A stretch of DNA of 42,795 nt from Mesotaenium endlicherianum (taxonomy: Eukaryota). The notes under the pieces are model-generated. The model did not search any database and was not told the DNA's origin. It was given only the letters and a program-made list of their open reading frames with translations. Each line of letters opens with the position of its first letter. Position 1 is the first letter of the stretch. Both the position numbers and the translations under genes were made by a program. Location of the stretch: assembly GCA_009602735.1 (NCBI GenBank), contig WELA01002202.1, positions 124,001 to 166,795 of the forward strand, written 5' to 3'. This document shows, in pieces, positions 23,201 through 36,309 of this stretch.

Positions 23201-26200
23201 AGCTAGCGGGCCATGTACGCTCGCCAGCTGACGACTACGGGGCTTACAGGCGTTGCGATCGATTGGCCGATTTTGTCGGCTTCCTACCCAATGCCGTCGA
23301 GAAAGCAACTGAGCGCTGGCGCTCTCAGAAAGCAACAGCTGGCAGCTCCTTCGAGAACGCAGAGGAGTGTGCAAACGTTGGGGCACATGCGGCCGCCAGC
23401 TTGTCACACCTGGCAGCAGGGGAAAGCATGCTAAGAGCAAGTGACAGTTCAGCAGCCAATGACACCCAAGAGGTACCAGGTGGACAGCAGGTTGGAGGAC
23501 GCTTGCTAAGAAGTCGTAAGCTGCCATGTGGCACCACCTCCGCAGCACCTGCTGGCAGGACAGGAGGAATGATGGAGTGCACCCCCGCCCAGGATGGGAG
23601 GCCAAGAGGAGCCACAGGTGGCGCTTCCTCAGGGGCCTGTCCAGATGCCAACAAACGGGCGAGGGATCTCACCACCCTGGCCAGGGCGGCGAGGCGGGAT
23701 GCCACGTATCGCTCCCAGGTGCAGCCAAATGTCTACATTGTGTTTGACAACATCGAGCTTCTGAAGAGCCGAGACGGGGCGGCCGACAAGCCGCTCCTGC
23801 CAGCGCTCCTGAGGCTGCCCGAGCTCTCCAGGCAGCCCAACGTGGGCGTGATCCTTGTCAGCAACTGCGGGTGGGCATCCTATGGCGGCGGCGGCGCCAG
23901 CACCGGCACCAGGGACCCCGTGGGCGTGCACTTCCCCGCGTACTCCGACGACGATCTGCGCGCCATCCTGCTCCACATGCACCCCGATAGGGCCCTCTAC
24001 CCCTCCTTTCTCTCGTGCGTCTCTCTCCTCCCCCCCCNNNNNNNNNNNNNNNNNNNNNNNNNNNNNNNNNNNNNNNNNNNNNNNNNNNNNNNNNNNNNNN
24101 NNNNNNNNNNNNNNNNNNNNNNNNNNNNNNNNNNNNNNNNNNNNNNNNNNNNNNNNNNNNNCCCCCTCCAATTCCTTACCCCTCCCTCTTTGCCATTTTT
24201 TATCCTTCTCTCTTTCCCTCCCTCCCTTCCTGCCACACACACACACACGGGGGCGTGCGCTTGCACACACACACGGGAGCGTGCGCTTGCACACACACAC
24301 ACACACACATATACCTGCCTGGTACAACTTCCAGTGCGCGTCCAGTGCCGTTTCTCAGCGTCGATTCAAGAGGCGAGGGCTGAAAGTGCGCAGCTCTGGC
24401 GCGCCCTTACCGTGCGTGCCCTTTTGCTCTCTCTCGCGTGTCGCCCACGTGTCGCTCCGGCGGCGGTTCCGGCCTCATCATAACCCTCCTTCCTTCCTGC
24501 CCGCTGCGGCCCCTTCACCTTTAGCCGTCGGCAACGTCAAACGATGACAAGACGCCATTTGTGGCCCACTGCCGGAACAAAGGGGGCCCCAAAGGTCCTC
24601 TCGCCTGCTTGAGCGCCTGCCAAGCATTCTTCCCGGAGGCGTTCTGTCCATCCCTGCGCCTGCCCAGCCTTGACTCCCAAAGCCCGCAACCTTGAATTCC
24701 ATAATTGCATGATCCACCCTCGTACAGCACACGATTAATCAAGTCTGGCCGACGTTGAGTTGTGCCTGCAGGCGTGGGCTGCTGGGGCCAGGTCGCCCGC
24801 CTACTGGCTGTTTTGCTTCTTGTCAAATTCCCGCAACCCCTGTTGCCACCCTCCCCCCTTCATGCCTCGTTGGGAGTGCTCACACTGCCCCACATCTCAA
24901 AGCTCCCAGACCTTCATGCCAGAGCGTGTTCCAAGATAGAAAATTGCATGCCTGCACCCACAGCTCCCCCCCTTGCCGCCAACCAACCCAACCAACACGC
25001 ACACACACACACATGCAGGCACGCACAGAAAGAGGGAGAAGAGAGCACAGGCATTCGGTATACATGGTCCTGCAGGGGCATGATTGCATCTGCGCTGTGC
25101 TGTCATGTGTTGCCAAGTGCAGGACACACCTGCCGCCCTTCATCCGGACCACGCGACAGCTGGCAGACATCCGCGCGTCCACCGAGCCCCTCTTTGAGGA
25201 GTACCGCGAGATGCAGAGCAAGAGAGCTGCAGCGTCCGAGGCCCTCAAGTGGACGCCCAACTACCGGCTGCGCCTGAAGCGACAGCTGGCGCAGCCCTAC
25301 TGCTCCTGGAGTGCGCCGAGCAACGGGAGCCGGTGAGAGCCAGCCGCCCGCTCTTATAATCCTCTTGCAGCGCTGCCGATACAGTACTTTCCAACAATCG
25401 TGCACTAGGCACTGGAGCTCAACCCTAACCCTACTTACTTCTGCTTACTTCTGCCTCTGCCAATGGCAACCCCTGCTGGGCTCCCTATGTCTCTCCAGCC
25501 TCCCTGTCCTCATATCGCTCCCCCCCCCCCGCTGCTGCTACCCCAAAACTGCTAAAGCTATCTTGCTGCCTCCACCAGAATGCGCGGACCAGCATTGGCA
25601 AGAAGGGCAAGCACACTTCGCTGGCGCTGTCGTTCTGACAAGAGACCAACTGCGGCGTGTGGTGGCACGCTCTCTCCTGCTCTGCACCTCCCTCTCTCCC
25701 TCTCCCTCTCTCTCTCCCTCTCCCTTTAACTCTTCCTCTCTCTCGCTCTGTCTTCCCCCCCCACCCTGCGCAACGCCAGGGGGGCGAGCAACCACGGCAA
25801 GACCAATGGGGGGGAGCTCGAGTTTGCGCTGCCCTTGGCCAGCAAGTACCTCCTGCTTGCCGCCCACATGGCGTCCACCAACCCCGCCACCCTGGATGCC
25901 GACTTCCTGGACTGCACGGGCGCTCCTGCCAGGAAAAGGCGCAGGTAGCTGCTTCCTCCTCCTCCTCCTCCTCCTCCGCTATTGCTCCCTTTTTCCCCCC
26001 CTCATCCTCGCCCTTGCCTTCTTCCATTTGCGTTGTGCTAGCGCCCTCGCGGCTGGCGTGGAGGTGCCGCCGTGTCGGTCTTGGCTGGCGGCACAGCATG
26101 TCTTAGCGAGGTCTTGCTGTGCAGGTCCTCCCAGGTAGGTGGGTACCCACCACCTCCTTGTGCCCCCCTTCCCCCTCCCCTCCTCCATTTCCACTGCCCC

Positions 26201-28037
26201 CCCTGCTTGTTCTTTTTGCTCGTCAATTTGTCCTTCTTCTTCTTCTTCTTCTTCTTCTTCTGCATTGCTCCTTGCTTAGCGGTTGCTCAAGCGCCGGACA
26301 TACACGTATATACGTCTTATCAACGGGGGCAATGTGGAGGGGCCGCCGAGCGAGGCGCCAGAGCGGAGGGGCCTTTGCTGAAGAAAAAGGGCCCTGGGCG
26401 ATTATGATTTGCACGACTCGCCCACCCGCTGTCCCTTCATTTAGCTGGTTGGGCTCTCGGTTGTTGCCCCTTCTGCTCCTCATTCCGCCCCCCATACCTG
26501 GGGCTCCAGGAGAGAGAGAGACAGCGAGATAGTGCGAGGATGTCGTAATGCGCCTGAGGCAGCGAGATATGGGGCTGCTGGTGGCTGGTGGCTGGTGGCT
26601 TGGTTGGTGTGTGCGCGTGCAAATGAGCAGAGCGTCGATGGTGTCCCAGGAGAAGGACGAGAGGGAGGCGCGCGCCGCCCTTGTGCAGGGCCCCGCCGCG
26701 TTCCCTCTCGAGCGCTTGCTCGCCATATACTCCGCAATCCTCCCCCCGAGTGAGGACGATCCGGCTGCTGCTGCTGCAGAGTCCTACGGGCGGCAGGTTG
26801 CACATTACAGCCAAGGCGGCACCATGCTCTCGCTGCCAATTGGCGCCGGCAGGCAGGGCCACCAAGCGCGCGGGATGGGCTCCCTGAATGGAGAGGGAGA
26901 GGCGGGGCCCCTGGCACTTCCAGGACCGCGTTCACACTCCGGTAGTCCCAGACGTGGAAAGGGTTCTGAAAGGAAGGGACCGGCGTACGTGGGGCAAGGG
27001 GGAGCTGGCGGCAGCAGCGGCAGCGGCAGGGTTGGCGAATTTGAGGGGGTTGGGTCCCTAAGCCTAGTTGCCGGATCTGACGGCACCCCAGATGGCACTG
27101 CTGGGGAGGCTTGCGGCGAGGCAGAGGTAGACTGGGAGGCGGACGAGGAGCTGGCGGGCGGCAGCAGCTGCCGAGGGGTCAGCTCGGACGTGCTGGTGCA
27201 GCTGGCGACTCTGGTGAGCGCAAATCTGATCAGCAAAGTGAGGGGCGGTCCGCTGGAGGGCGGCGCCAAGTACCGGTGTGGGGTTGACCGCAGCCTCATC
27301 GATCTCGTGAGAGGCTCAAGCCCTTCCTGCCCTCGCCCCCTCCTCCTCCTCCTCCTCCTTCACCACCTGCTCCGCCTGCTCCTCCTGCTCCTCCTGCTCC
27401 CCCTTCTCCCCCTCCTGCTCCTGCTCTTCCTGATGATGGCTCCCTGCTGCTTTCCGCTTGTTGTGTGGTGTCGTGGGTTCTTACTGCTCCTCCTCCTACA
27501 GCCGGGAAGATTTCTCTTCCGCAAAAGGCTGCAAGTGCTGGACTGCTTGGGTTGAGGCATTAGGATGGAGGAGCAGACACCTGCTGTCATGGCCACATGA
27601 AGACGAGAGAGCGCATGCAGGGGGCCATGTACACGAGATAGTGCGTCGGTGTGCGTGCTCCTTCTGTTGGAACTCAGCGTCCACCTTTGGAGCTTGGTGA
27701 CCGCAGCAGCGGTTGCCTTCGCGGAGGGGTGCGCTTGTCTTGCTGGCCCGCGCTACACTGTGCGCTTCATTTCAAGTGCATGAGCCACGGTCATACAAGC
27801 ACAATATCTGCAGGTGTAGGTGCGCAGCAACGGGGCATCGTCCAGAGCCGCGGCGTCATCAGTTGAACGAAGTGGATGCAGAATTTTCGAGCTTGATGAG
27901 GCGCGTGTGTGATGATGGCCTGCGCTCACCACGCGTCTTGTCTGCTGCTCCGTTTCGCTTTGCTCCGCTCTGCTCTGCTGCGCCAGGTGGCCAAGAGTGT
28001 AGAGTTTCCCCTGCACAGGTACCTCCTAGGGGGTTGA
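20256..28037 (+). CDS. ORC5: Origin recognition complex subunit 5; exons 20256-20444, 20837-20909, 21321-21439, 23203-24014, 25123-25332, 25780-25944, 26631-27306, 27987-28037; about 764 aa
   Basis: FPGRALQ|IEELMELLG, Walker A GISG|VGKT, YVSCRTNPTPRLLFETALNQ, VYIVFDNIE, LLPALLRLPEL, VHFPAYS, LPLASKYLLLAAHMASTNPATLD, GPAAFPLERLLAIY, QLATLVSANLI, KYRC, VAKSVEFPLHRYL. All joins are GT-AG and in frame. Start codon is less certain. Confidence 0.93.
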
Positions 28038-28886
28038 TGGGGCTGCACGCACGCGCCGAGCTCCTGTCATGCCTGGCCAGCCCGCTTCCATCCACCTGCC
28101 TGGCAGGCACTCTGGCCCAAAATTGTGCCACATCGTCAAAGGCATACGTACGCCATTCATTCATGCGCTTGGACCCCCCACACAGCTTCCGAATTGCGCC
28201 TTGTCTGCTGCCTGGCAAAATGCCGAACAGTGGCTAATGCCTTTCAACAAGACAGATGCCAGCATTCAATCCCGCAGGACAGCCAACATAGAGTTGAATT
28301 AGCCAGCTGACTGATTGGATTTGAAAGGTGAAGCAGTCGGTCCTTTGGCATTCAGCGACTTCTTTCTTCGTCTCCCGTTGCAATATAAGCGCCCAACCAC
28401 CATGCGGCTCTTCCGTGACGAAAATTTTGTCCCTTGCAGCCATTTCGTGTATAGAATCCTCCAAGGTTAATCTGGAGGAGCTGGGTGACTTACAGAAGGC
28501 ACTAATTGCGTGAGACATGTGCGCACCAGGTAGGGGAAAAGAGCCATTCACGACATCAGCGCTGTCTATATCAAGGAGAATCTGACGCACAAGGTCCTCA
28601 TTGCAGAAAGCCGAAAAGCAGCTCATTGCATGGCACTAGTCCTCATCCATTCGTTTCTAATATTAATCAGTCATTCTTTTTGACGTTGTGAAGAGCAAAA
28701 ACTACCAGCTGAAACGACACAATGGCTTACACCAAATAAACCCCAAGCAATCCTGCCATGCACACGTGATATGCAACCTCAATAAATGCCACATTACTAA
28801 GACAAGCACCCTCAGAGGTTTCCACTAAGCTATTTACAAAAGAGCCCATGTTAGAAATCCCAGATCACGTGGCAACTCTGACGACT

Positions 28887-29059
28887 GAATTGTCTGCTCT
28901 ATTGCAGAAGTTTAAGTCTGTATTCCACCTGAAATACCAGCCAGGTTACCACCTGACTGGGGTATTGGGCATACAATCCCTCTTGTTCCTGATGCTCAAC
29001 CCACCTGGCGGCCTATATATCGCCTAAGCCCGTTGGAGCTGCACGAAATGAAGGACCAA
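28887..29059 (+). mobile_element. Degenerate Ty3/Gypsy pol fragment (protease-RT linker and start of RT)
   Basis: ELSALLQKFKSVF, a frameshift, then PEIPARLPPDWGIGHTIPLVPDAQPTWRPIYRLSPLELHEMKDQ, the classic LPP.R...H.I.L.P...P.YRLSP.EL motif. Confidence 0.8.
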
Positions 29060-29269
29060 CCTTGCAGAGCACATGTGTAAAAAATCATCACGACGCTTTG
29101 CTGCTGCTTTCTTCGCGTTTACCGCGGTTGGCAATGTTACAATGTGCATTTCTGTAAAACCATATAGTGGGCATGCATATGCAAGCGACGTAATCATACC
29201 TTTCTACTACCGCTTGGATTCGACTGTAGTGGCTCTCCTTGTTCGTAGGAAGCCACTAATAGACCCTAT

Positions 29270-29350
29270 ATTTACCGGCATCGCTAGTCCCTCTTACAGG
29301 CATATATCTTGAGTCGCACCAAGGTCTACAAAGACAGTAGCAGCTAGCCA
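29270..29350 (-). pseudogene. Possible decayed retroelement aspartic protease motif
   Basis: Minus frame reads WLAATVFVDLGATQDICL*, resembling hydrophobic-D(S/T)GAT; next to the pol fragment. Confidence 0.3.
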
Positions 29351-30069
29351 TCATGTCCTTGCAACTCTGTCGCTCGAGCGATTGAGTAGTGCCATACATA
29401 GAATGCACTCCAACTGAACATAGTCAAACACTAAGACATAATGCCTACGTAACCGGAGCTCTTGTATCCTCGCACAAAAAGAATGATGTTGGGCGTTATT
29501 GAGGTATGTATATAAGCAAGTCAAAAGGAGAAGCTCATTCCTGAGAGTGTCCATCCAGGCTAAGCACCCTGCAAACAGAAGACTCTGCTCCTTCCTGCAG
29601 AACCTCACTGATTCTCAAGAATAGTGAATCACAGGCTGCAGTGCAATAAATATGACGCAACCAATTTCCAAGAATGTCAACAGCATCCTGACATTTCTCT
29701 GTTGGCTCTTCAAACACGACATACATATTAAATATAAGGGCTAGCTTTGCACACTTTCGGGAGCTCTAATGAGCAAGTGGCAAATTTCACTGATCGAGCA
29801 CCTTGGGCATACAAGCCTGCTTGTCCAACAACCAGTGAGGGAGTGTAGGGGAGGCGTCTTTCATGTCGGTGGTGACAGAGAGCTTAGGTGTCCTTTTACG
29901 GAGCTCTTGGTGGACTGCCCAATTAGTGGCTTAGCACTTTCTCTCAGATGAATCCACGCCAATAATAAGGATACTGTTCTTTGCAGGACCCCCAAGTATC
30001 AGACATGGCAATGAGAGGGTTCCACTTTAGAGAAAGTATCGGCATTAAATGTCACAACAGTCACCAACT

Positions 30070-33000
30070 TCAGATGGAAATACAGTCTCCCGCGTGACTT
30101 TCAGACTTCTTTGGGAACGGCACATCGGAGGGCCAGTTGAAGTCGGAGAGCAGCGCCAGAGCCACTCCATTGGTCCACCCGAAGCCCACCTGCAGCAGCA
30201 CATGGGAAGGAGCACGCAGAAAGCACTCAATCGATCCAGCTCACTCAGACGGCGGTTCTGTCTGCACAAGAGCGTCACTGGCGGCAGGCATGCTGCGGAT
30301 CTTCGCACAGAGCGCCGTCGCGCCCGCTGCACCTCCCCCTGTGAGTGCGCGGGACACGAAAAGCTCTGGGGCCACTACTGCTGCTGCTACATGCCCCACA
30401 GCCCAAGCGCTTGCGGCGCAACTGGGCAAGAAAGGGCAGGTGTGAACAGGTCTGCCTCGCATGCTGACGCAAGGAAGGCCTCCTCAGGCTGCAGCCGCTG
30501 TCCGGTCTGAGTAGGAGCACTCGCACAAAGAGTAGGCCTGCTTTTTGAAATTGCGGAGAGGGAAGGGGGGCGACAAGAGACTGGGAGGAGGGAGCAAGAG
30601 TGGGCAGCAGGAGCAGGGCGACATCAGAAGGCGCAAGTAGGAAGTAGCAGGGTGGGGATGGGTGTTAGAAAGGAGCGATGCCATGCCTGCGGGCCGTACT
30701 CTCCGCCCCCGCCGACGCCCCCGATCTCGCGCGCATCGTACTTCTCGTGCATGCCGCCCGTGCGCACGAACCCGGCCGCCATCGTGTGGAGCCACCTGGC
30801 AGCCAGCTGGCGGGCCAGCTCAGCGCCCTGCGGCGTCCCAGAGGCTGCGACGCCCTCGATGATCATGTGCTGCAGGGGGGCCCACGCGTTTGGATAGTCC
30901 CTGCGCCCACTCCCAACGAAAATAAGAAAGCAGCGCAGCGAGGAAGGATGCCAGGCTGCTCTTGAGTCGAGTCAGCACCCCTCGGATGCCCCCTGAGAGT
31001 CGATCAATACGCTTCCAATGGAGCGAGCGAGAATGCACCAGCATCTGGCCTGATCCCCAAGCCCCCTACGCGCACGCCTGACCCTTCTCTCCTTCTACTG
31101 GCCTCCTCTCGCATGCATGCATCTCCCTTGCATGCATACGTATATGCATGCAGGGTACAATGATCGGGGACAGGGCCACTAAAAGGAGCTCTTATATTCA
31201 GGCCACTGCCCAAAGCTGCTTCTGCCCGCTCTTTCTTAGAAAAGCGCCACTTGCCCTGCCACACTGCTGCCATTCTTGAGCAGATACTGGGACAGATGCT
31301 GAGCTGGGAGTGGCCTCACCATTGCTGGCCTGTGGGTGCAAGTGAGGTGGCGACGCCGCCTGGCAGCACCAGGCCAGATGCAATGAGTGCTTGCACCACT
31401 TGCTGCCACCTGTCATCCCCTGCTCACCTCCCCCCNNNNNNNNNNNNNNNNNNNNNNNNNNNNNNNNNNNNNNNNNNNNNNNNNNNNNNNNNNNNNNNNN
31501 NNNNNNNNNNNNNNNNNNNNNNNNNNNNNNNNNNNNNNNNNNNNNNNNNNNNNNNNNNNNNNNNNNNNNNNNNNNNNNNNNNNNNNNNNNNNNNNNNNNN
31601 NNNNNNNNNNNNNNNNNNNNNNNNNNNNNNNNNNNNNNNNNNNNNNNNNNNNNNNNNNNNNNNNNNNNNNNNNNNNNNNNNNNNNNNNNNNNNNNNNNNN
31701 NNNNNNNNNNNNNNNNNNNNNNNNNNNNNNNNNNNNNNNNNNNNNNNNNNNNNNNNNNNNNNNNNNNNNNNNNNNNNNNNNNNNNCCCCCCCCCATCAAG
31801 GACACGGCAAGGAGAGGAAAACGAGCCAGATGAGCCGAGGGAGGGAGAAGCTGCCAACAAGGCAAACTAGCAGCGCAGGAATGACCAGCACCACCACCCC
31901 CACTACCACCACCACTAGCACCAGCAGCAGCAGCAGCAGCTGCTTCGCTAGACTTGCACCTGCCCTCACTCTCGCATACCTTCCTGGGGGGACCACGTGC
32001 CCGTGGTGGAGCTGGCCTGCTCACAGCCAATATGGAGATGCCTACCGATCCTGCAGCAGGGAAGGCACGCCTTGAGCTTCCACAGATCCCTCAGAAGGAC
32101 AACAGCTCAGCAGCAGCAGCACCAGCTGCTGCAGCAGACCCATGATTACCTGCTGGCCTGGAGGGCGCGTGTGCATGCGTGCTTAAATGTATCGCTCGAC
32201 GCACACAACCCATGTACGTTTGTGCAGTTTGTCTATATGCAGGTTGTGCACGTATATGCGCACAGCACAAGGGGGGGGGAGGAGGAAGTGAGGGAAAGTC
32301 AGCCACCTGGAAGCAAAGCGTCGCACCAGAGGGGCGTGTAATTGGAGGCCAGAGCAGCGCCCTGTCGGGGGATCCCTCTCACCGGGGGGCCTGTGCTCGC
32401 TCGCCCCTGCGCCCACACCCACGGCCCCAAACCCACCAAGACGCTCACGCACACACACAAACACACAGTTGCAGCAGCACCTTGATTAACACGGCCAGAG
32501 AGCACATGCGAGCTGTAGGCGATGAACAGCCCACACGACACATGAGCGCAACAAGAGCCGAGCGCAGTAGTGCAGTGGAGTTGCATTGGAATCCAAGAGA
32601 GTCACCAGGTGGTAGACGAAGCACACCAGAGCGGGCGTCGCGTGGGCTGTGGGCCGTGATGCTGTGGAGAAAGCTGGGACCCCGCCAGGGCTCAATGACT
32701 ATGCCCTCTCCCCCCCCTCTCGGCGGCCGGCCCCCTCGACTTTCTCACAAAACACCTTCATCCCTTGAGGGGGGGACAAGTCACACACTTTCTACTGGCC
32801 ACATCTTCCAGGGCCGGGCTCTTGTGGTGTGATGGGTGTGTGTGTGCACGCATGTACGCCCGACCAAATTGACACACACACAGGCCAGCTTGCTCGCCCT
32901 TGCCTTGAGGAGAGGCAGGAGCGTGCGAGGCAGGCAAAGGCACGCTAGCAGTTCACCAGGGCCATTACAATGTAAAGCATGCAACGCTCGGGTTGGGCGG

Positions 33001-36000
33001 GTGTGCCTGCCCGTTCGGTAGCTTGCTTATCTGCACCGCATGAAAAAAGGATTGGAGCATATTTGCACTCCATGCTTAACACGATGCAACAATGCGTCTC
33101 CCTCTCCCCCCCCCTTCCTGGAAATAGAAAGGATGACAACAATAGGAGTCCGCAGGCAAGCAGCTCTCCTGTCCAGCGCCCCCGGCCATGTGATGCTGGG
33201 CTCCAGATGTCACTCCTCTGCACACTGGGTTATCAGGAGGGGTCTTGCGCCCTCCTGCACGCTACGAGCAATGATGTCCTGTGGGAGCATAATTTGTGGG
33301 AATAAGCGTGAGGGGCCACGACAGAGAGGGAGCGAGAGGGAGAGGGAGCGGGAGAGGGAAAGGGAGAGAGAAAGAGGGAGAGAAAGAGGGAGAGGGGAGA
33401 GGAAAACCTTGCAGTGCAGGGGAAGCCAGAGGTCGTGCCACTGGCGGGCGTGGGGGCACCACAGCACCCTGTCTAGCGCTTCGCGCCTGGCTGCCGCCGC
33501 TCCGGCAAAGGTGGCGGCGACATCTGTTGTGCCAAGGAGGCCGGCAAATCTCTCCAGGTTACTCTCCAGCTGGCCAGTGAGAGACAACACGCCCCCCCCG
33601 CCCAATCGCCCACCAGCCCCAGCACTGGTCAGCGTGGCAGAGAGCAATCACAGGGAAGGAGGGGAGAAGGGGGGAAGGATGAGGAGGGAGGGGCGGAAGA
33701 AGTGGGACAACTGCCTTGTGAAAGAGAGACAAGAAGCCTGCCTGCGCGGGGGTGACGGCAATTCAACTCTATGGTGTGTAAGAGGATGCATCATAATAAG
33801 AATAATAAGAACTGCAAGTCCAGCCTGGGAAAGATGCCGTAGACCATGAAGCGTGACCAGGGCCGCGACAACCGCAGGGAGGGCCGCACGGGTCATAGAG
33901 CGCATGCTGCTTGGTGGAGACTCAGGCCAGCTCGCAGGCAGCTCAGTAACAGGTTGTAGTGAGGGCTGGCAGCGGAAAGGCAGAAGGTGGCAGGGCAGAT
34001 ATGAGAGGAGGAGGGGGTGGGAGAGGGGGGGGGAAGGGTGAGTGCTTGTGGGAGTGCTAGGAGACCTGCAGGAGCCAGGCGTTGAGGTCGACGGGGATGA
34101 TGGCCGTCGTGCGCAAGCTCGCCAGCGTCTCTCCGTCCCTGTCGCGGGCAACGTTGATGTTGTTAGAGTTGTTGTTGTTGGTGGTGTCGTTTCCAGGCAC
34201 CACAAGATGCAGCGGGAAGAGGAGACGGGAGAGGAGTTGGTGAAGAGAGCCTGCAGAAGAGCGGTGCCGTCCCGCGGACGCACCCGCACTTGGGTGTTGA
34301 TGTCCGCGACCAGCCATATGGAGGCAAGGCAAAGACGGGCGCTGCATCTGGGCCTTCAGACGGGATCTTTCCTTGTCAAGCAGGTATTTTTGTTCCCAGG
34401 TTGCAGGTGGTACGAGCAACCACAAAAACACGCGCTCGCACACGGGTCCAGACGAATGCGCAAAGGCCCACGCCCCTGCACGCACATGCACACGCACATG
34501 GTGTGCATGCCAGCATGCACCCCACGTGCAGACAAGCATGGGCACGCGCGTGCACTCGCACACAGACCCACAGGCAAAAAGGCAGCGTGGGAAGGAGGGG
34601 GAGCGGGGGGGCCGGNNNNNNNNNNNNNNNNNNNNNNNNNNNNNNNNNNNNNNNNNNNNNNNNNNNNNNNNNNNNNNNNNNNNNNNNNNNNNNNNNNNNN
34701 NNNGGGGGGGAAGAGAGAGAGAAAGGGAGACAGAGAAGACAAGAAATGAAGGGAGGGGGCATACTCCATCCAGCGGGAGCTGAAGTCCCAGCCGGACTCG
34801 GCGGCCGAGGCGATCTCGCGAAACAGGCACGCCGCGTCGCCCGCACTCAGCCCCTCAGCCGCCTCCCTGTCCTGCGCCCAGTCCCAGTGCAAGTGCCACC
34901 GCCCATCCCACAGCATCTCCCTCGCAGCGTGAGTGGCCCTTGCGGAGCCATGCGTGGCCCCGAATGTGGCACAGCTGCGGCCCCGGCCCTGGCCCTTTCC
35001 CGGGCGCTGGCAGGCTCCACTCTCTCGCTACCATGCAGCAGCCACTTGCGAGAACAAGCAGCCAACGCTGCTGCTGCTGCAGCTGCTGCTCCTGCTGCAC
35101 GAGGGTGCCAAGGAGGCAGCAGGCAATGATTCTGATGAGTGGGCCTTGCCTTCCTGGCCACTCGGCATTCATTCTTGCACTCGTTTCACCACTTGACCGC
35201 GACTGGCCCACAGATTGCGCACACTTCGCAGCATGGGCCGCCTACCTCTGGCCTCTCGGGACTAAAGTCAGGTGAGGAGCTTTCCACGCAAGCGTGCCCT
35301 TTTGAACAGCTAGCATGCAGCGGAGGAAGGGAGGCAGACGGTTTTTGGTTCTCTGGAGAATGGCGCAGGGAGCGTCTGTTGAGGCTGGGTATGGCTCCTG
35401 GGAGGCTCTGCACAGTGCAGTAGGGGCGAGGCCGCTGTCACCTGGCGCGAGCGGAGGCATGCCTACCTTGGCGTACGACTCGGGCCGGGGCTTGGACCAG
35501 TCAGCATAGTACCGGCTCAGCAGATGCTGGCAGTTGTCGCCGTCCAGGACCGCCACAGCGTGCGGCGCTGCAGCCGCACAAGGAACGCAGAGTCGGATGA
35601 GCACCAGCCATAGAAATATCGCAGGCACACACACACAGCCACAGAGACACACAGAAAGAGAGAGAGAGGCAGAAAGGGGGAAGAGTGTGTGGAAGCTAAC
35701 ACTTGCTTCACACTTCCCCATCCTTTGACACCAGGAGCACTTGGGAGCGTGTCTGCTGCTTAACCTAATCACAAACTGTTCCCACTCTTAGTCACTGAGG
35801 ACACTACTTTCCGAAAGGTGTCCGCCGCGCTCGCGCAATCCTGTCTCTTGGTGATCGGACTCATCCAGCAGCCATAGACGAGCACCTCCCTTTCAGGGCC
35901 ATCCACCCGTACGACACGCAAGCTGCCGCGGGGCAGGTCTGCTGTGTGAAGGGGTGAACCAAGAGACCAGGAAGCTCACTCCCAGCTCCACACACACACA

Positions 36001-36268
36001 CACACACACATACACTGCAAGAGGCAAGAGAGCACGCCGCGATGGCCCTCTCCTTACAAGGCAAGCGGCAGCGGCAGCAGCAGCAGCAGCTGTCTTGGGC
36101 GCATGGGGGAGCGGGGGTGGGAGTGGAGATGGGAGCACCCACCGGTGGTCCAGAAGCGGTGCTCCTGCAGCAGCACCGGCACCGCATCGCGCAGCAGCTG
36201 CGTGCTGCCCGTGGCCGCGTGCACGGCGCTCACCATGGCGCTCAGCAAGGGAGGCTGGCTACCCTTCA

Positions 36269-36309
<41 letters not shown>

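Noticed and set aside
25421..25432. AACCCTAACCCT as interstitial telomere or telo-box
   Set aside because: Only two units, in mid-intron; compatible with chance.
27307..27555. Poly-Leu transmembrane-like C-terminus on the ORC5 ORF
   Set aside because: It is read-through into a (CTC/CTG)n intron; the conserved end VAKSVEFPLHRYL is in the exon at 27987-28037.
31980..32051. Possible extra trehalase exon flanked by CAG and GTATG
   Set aside because: No GH37 similarity, and exons 32406-32307 and 31419-31320 already join in frame without it.
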